Positions 61,601-64,000 of a stretch of DNA of 64,000 nucleotides are shown in pieces (the first letter of the stretch is position 1; every line of letters begins with the position of its first letter). The stretch spans positions 3,648,001 to 3,712,000 of the forward strand of contig OZ219747.1 in assembly GCA_964291265.2 (NCBI GenBank). The letters are read 5' to 3'. Below the pieces are notes generated by a model. The model saw only the letters and a list, made by a program, of their open reading frames with translations. It was not told the origin of the DNA and did not search any database. The translations under genes were made by a program, and so were the position numbers. The stretch is from Alphaproteobacteria bacterium. Lineage in GTDB: Bacteria; Pseudomonadota; Alphaproteobacteria; SP197.

Positions 61601-62167
61601 ATGACGGTCACGGATCGCTACCGCATGTGCGTCTTTCCCCAGGCGCATGTGATGCCCTGGCAGGGCGTCTGGCCAACCATCGACGACAGGAGCCTCGTCC
61701 TTCCAGGCGCGGCGGTCATCGGCGACGTGGTGATGGAGGCAGACGCCAGCGCCTGGTTCAACACCGTGATCCGCGGTGACGACGGGCCCGTGCGCATCGG
61801 CGCCGGCACCAACGTCCAGGACGGATGCGTGATCCACGTATCGGTTGAACGCCCGACCCTCATCGGCCGCGGCGTGACACTCGGACACATGGTCCATCTC
61901 CACGCCTGCACGCTCGAGGACGACACCCTGGTGGGTTCGGGCGCCATCGTGCTCGACGGAGCCCGGCTCGAACGCGGGAGCCAGGTGGCTGCCGGTGCCC
62001 TGGTGGCGCCGGGCAAGGTGGTGCCGAGCGGCGAGCTGTGGGGAGGGGTTCCGGCCAGAAAACTGCGTGAGCTCGACCCGCGCGAGATCGACGCCATCCG
62101 GGACAACGCCGCGTGGTACGTTCGCGAACTTGACGCCTGGCGGCAGCAACTGGAAGCATGGCCATGA
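61601..62167 (+). CDS. Gamma carbonic anhydrase family protein
   Basis: VIGDV, WFNTVIRGD, IGAGTNVQDGCVIH, GHMVHLHAC, WGGVPA. Confidence 0.9.
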   Translation: MTVTDRYRMCVFPQAHVMPWQGVWPTIDDRSLVLPGAAVIGDVVMEADASAWFNTVIRGDDGPVRIGAGTNVQDGCVIHVSVERPTLIGRGVTLGHMVHLHACTLEDDTLVGSGAIVLDGARLERGSQVAAGALVAPGKVVPSGELWGGVPARKLRELDPREIDAIRDNAAWYVRELDAWRQQLEAWP

Positions 62168-62616
62168 CTTTGGAGGGAAAACGCGTTCTCGTCACCGGTT
62201 CGACGAGGAACATCGGCCGCGCCACGGTGCGGGCCTTCCTGGAAGGGGGCGCCAGCATCGCCGTCACCGGTCCAGGCGGCAGGAATCTGGTTCCTGCGCC
62301 TCGTGGTCCTGGAAGTGCTGCAGCCTGCCGCCGGGTCGTCCATGCCGCGATCGACGACCTGGACGGTCTTGACGTGCTCGTCAACATCGCCGGCATCCAT
62401 GTCCGGGGGCCCTGAGTGACGCGACCAGCGCGTGGCTCATGGACATCAACGTCAAGGGCTGCTTCATCTGCAGTCAGGCAGCGATCCCGGACCTGCGGCG
62501 CGACAACGGCGCCATCGTCATGACCGCATCGGAGTCCGGGCTCGCCGACCCCGCCCGGAAGTTCATGACCGGAGCCCCGCTCTCCGTCGACGGCGTCGCG
62601 ACGGCGTGCCGCTGGC
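62164..62616 (+). pseudogene. Short-chain dehydrogenase relic
   Basis: LEGKRVLVTGSTRNIG, LDVLVNIAG, DINVKG, FMTGAPLSVDG; stop codon and large deletions, no YxxxK. Confidence 0.75.
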
Positions 62617-62967
62617 CTACCGGGCCGCCACGCACATGATCTCCACCAGCAGGTCGGGACGCGCCAGGGCTGCTTCGACGGTGGCGCGGCACGGCTTGTT
62701 GTCGGGATCGATCCACGCCGTATAGACCTCGTTCATGGCCGGCCAGTCAGCGATATCGGCAAGCCAGATCTGCACCGAGAGAAGCCGTGATCTCGAGGTA
62801 CCGCAAGCATCGAGTGTGGTGTCGATCTGTTCCAGGATATCCCGGGTCTGCTCCTGGACATCACCGGTGGCATCCGAGGTCACCTTGCCGGAAAGCCAGA
62901 CAGTATCGCCATGAATGACGGCTCCGCTGTAGAGTTCACCTGGTTGCAGACGCTGGATATCGGTCAT
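62617..62967 (-). CDS. RidA/YoaB family protein
   Basis: YSGAVIHGDTVWLSG, MNEVY, PCRATVEA, LVEI. Confidence 0.9.
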   Translation of the reverse strand: MTDIQRLQPGELYSGAVIHGDTVWLSGKVTSDATGDVQEQTRDILEQIDTTLDACGTSRSRLLSVQIWLADIADWPAMNEVYTAWIDPDNKPCRATVEAALARPDLLVEIMCVAAR

Positions 62968-63026
62968 GATTCCCTCCCCGGGGCGATGTGCACCTTCCGC
63001 AGAGCGTAACACGAACTGGAAACGCC

Positions 63027-64000
63027 ATGTCGAGTGAAATTCCCGAAGACGGTCTCGTCCTGGTTGTCCGGGAGGACTGTCCGACCTGCCGGCTGGTCGC
63101 GCCGGTGGCAGCGGATCTCGAGGCACGCGGGGCCCTGGCCGCCGTCTATTCGCAGGACAATCCGGACTTTCCCGGCGGACTGCGGGTTAGCGACGACCGT
63201 CACCTCGAGGTCTCGTTTCGCCTCGCCATCACCATCGTGCCGACGCTGATCCGCTTCGCGGGTGGCGTGGAGACGTCAAGGGCGATCGGGTGGTCCAGGC
63301 GGGAGTGGTGCGCCATTGCCGCCCTTGACGATCTCGGCCCCAATCTGCCGGACGAGCGGCCAGGATGCGGGTCCCTGAGCGAGGAGGCGGGCTGGGCGGA
63401 GGAACTCCGGGCGCGCCATGGCGAAACGGGGCTCGATGCCGCGACCATCACCCTGCGGTTCCCGGAGGATCCCTTCGAGATCATGGACATCCGGGGATGG
63501 TCCGACGGTCTTCCCGTGGTCCCGCCGACACCGGCGCGCGTACTGGCGATGCTGAACGAATGCACTCTGGCGCACGATCACGTCCTGGGGCCGATTCCGC
63601 CGTCGGGGGCGGAACTGACGGTGGAGAAGGCCGCCATCAACGCGGTCATGGCGGGCTGCCGTCCGGTGTACTTCCCTGCAGTGCTGGCCGCCCTCGATGC
63701 GGCGCTTGATCGCGACTTCGCCTGGCAGGGCCTGCTTTCGACCACCATGGGGGCAGGTGTCGCGGTCATCGTCAACGGACCCGTCATTCGCCGAATCGGC
63801 CTCAACAGCGGGTTCAACGCCCTCGGCCACGGTACCCGCGCCAATGCCACCATGGCCCGCGCACTCGTCCTCATCGCCATGAATGTCGGCGGCGCCCGGC
63901 CAGGCGGTGTCGACCGCTCGACCCTGGGCCACCCGGGCAAGCACGGCCTGTGTTTTGCCGAGGACGAGAGCGATCCGGCCTGGCAGACCCTGGCTGCCTC
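63027..64000 (+). CDS. Thioredoxin-like (CPTC) domain fused to a conserved GWSDGLPVVPPT domain; 3' truncated by the window edge and absent from the ORF track
   Basis: Frame open from ATG 63027 to the end: REDCPTC, VPTLIR, RPGCGS, GWSDGLPVVPPT, TVEKAAINAVMAGC, RSTLGHPGK. Confidence 0.8.
   Translation, partial: MSSEIPEDGLVLVVREDCPTCRLVAPVAADLEARGALAAVYSQDNPDFPGGLRVSDDRHLEVSFRLAITIVPTLIRFAGGVETSRAIGWSRREWCAIAALDDLGPNLPDERPGCGSLSEEAGWAEELRARHGETGLDAATITLRFPEDPFEIMDIRGWSDGLPVVPPTPARVLAMLNECTLAHDHVLGPIPPSGAELTVEKAAINAVMAGCRPVYFPAVLAALDAALDRDFAWQGLLSTTMGAGVAVIVNGPVIRRIGLNSGFNALGHGTRANATMARALVLIAMNVGGARPGGVDRSTLGHPGKHGLCFAEDESDPAWQTLAA

Noticed and set aside
1-64000. CRISPR array, cas genes, rRNA, retron or DGR reverse transcriptase
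   Set aside because: No regularly spaced repeats, RT motifs or rRNA signatures were seen on reading

Overview
High-GC bacterial window, probably an alphaproteobacterium. The left ~43 kb is a dense cluster of mobile and decayed elements; the right ~21 kb is metabolic and housekeeping. The central structure is a nested stack. A ~2.1-kb ISAs1-family element (ends at 7744 and 33032) encodes a DUF4338-ISAs1 fusion transposase whose reading frame can be rebuilt exactly (1794 nt) after removing three insertions: (i) a DUF4338-IS4 element (8007-10374, 9-bp TSD); (ii) an ORF-less group II intron (10598-13441) with visible EBS/IBS pairing, itself interrupted by an IS1634; (iii) an ~18-kb integrative mobilisable element (14055-32041, 13-bp att repeats). 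The 18-kb element carries tandem tyrosine integrases, three RHH/MobC-like genes, a 2255-aa MobF relaxase with a repetitive tail, a putative oriT and lower-GC cargo. A recurring theme is insertion sequences carrying candidate DNA-modifying enzymes: DUF4338 fused to both IS4 and ISAs1 transposases, and a Dam-like adenine methyltransferase inside an IS66 element. Also present: two TA loci, dimethylformamidase-like and other methylamine-related enzymes, a tandem degenerate bacterioferritin, glnS, mobA, fdhD and tRNA-Val(CAC). No CRISPR array or rRNA was seen. All family calls come from reading motifs by eye, not from database searches.
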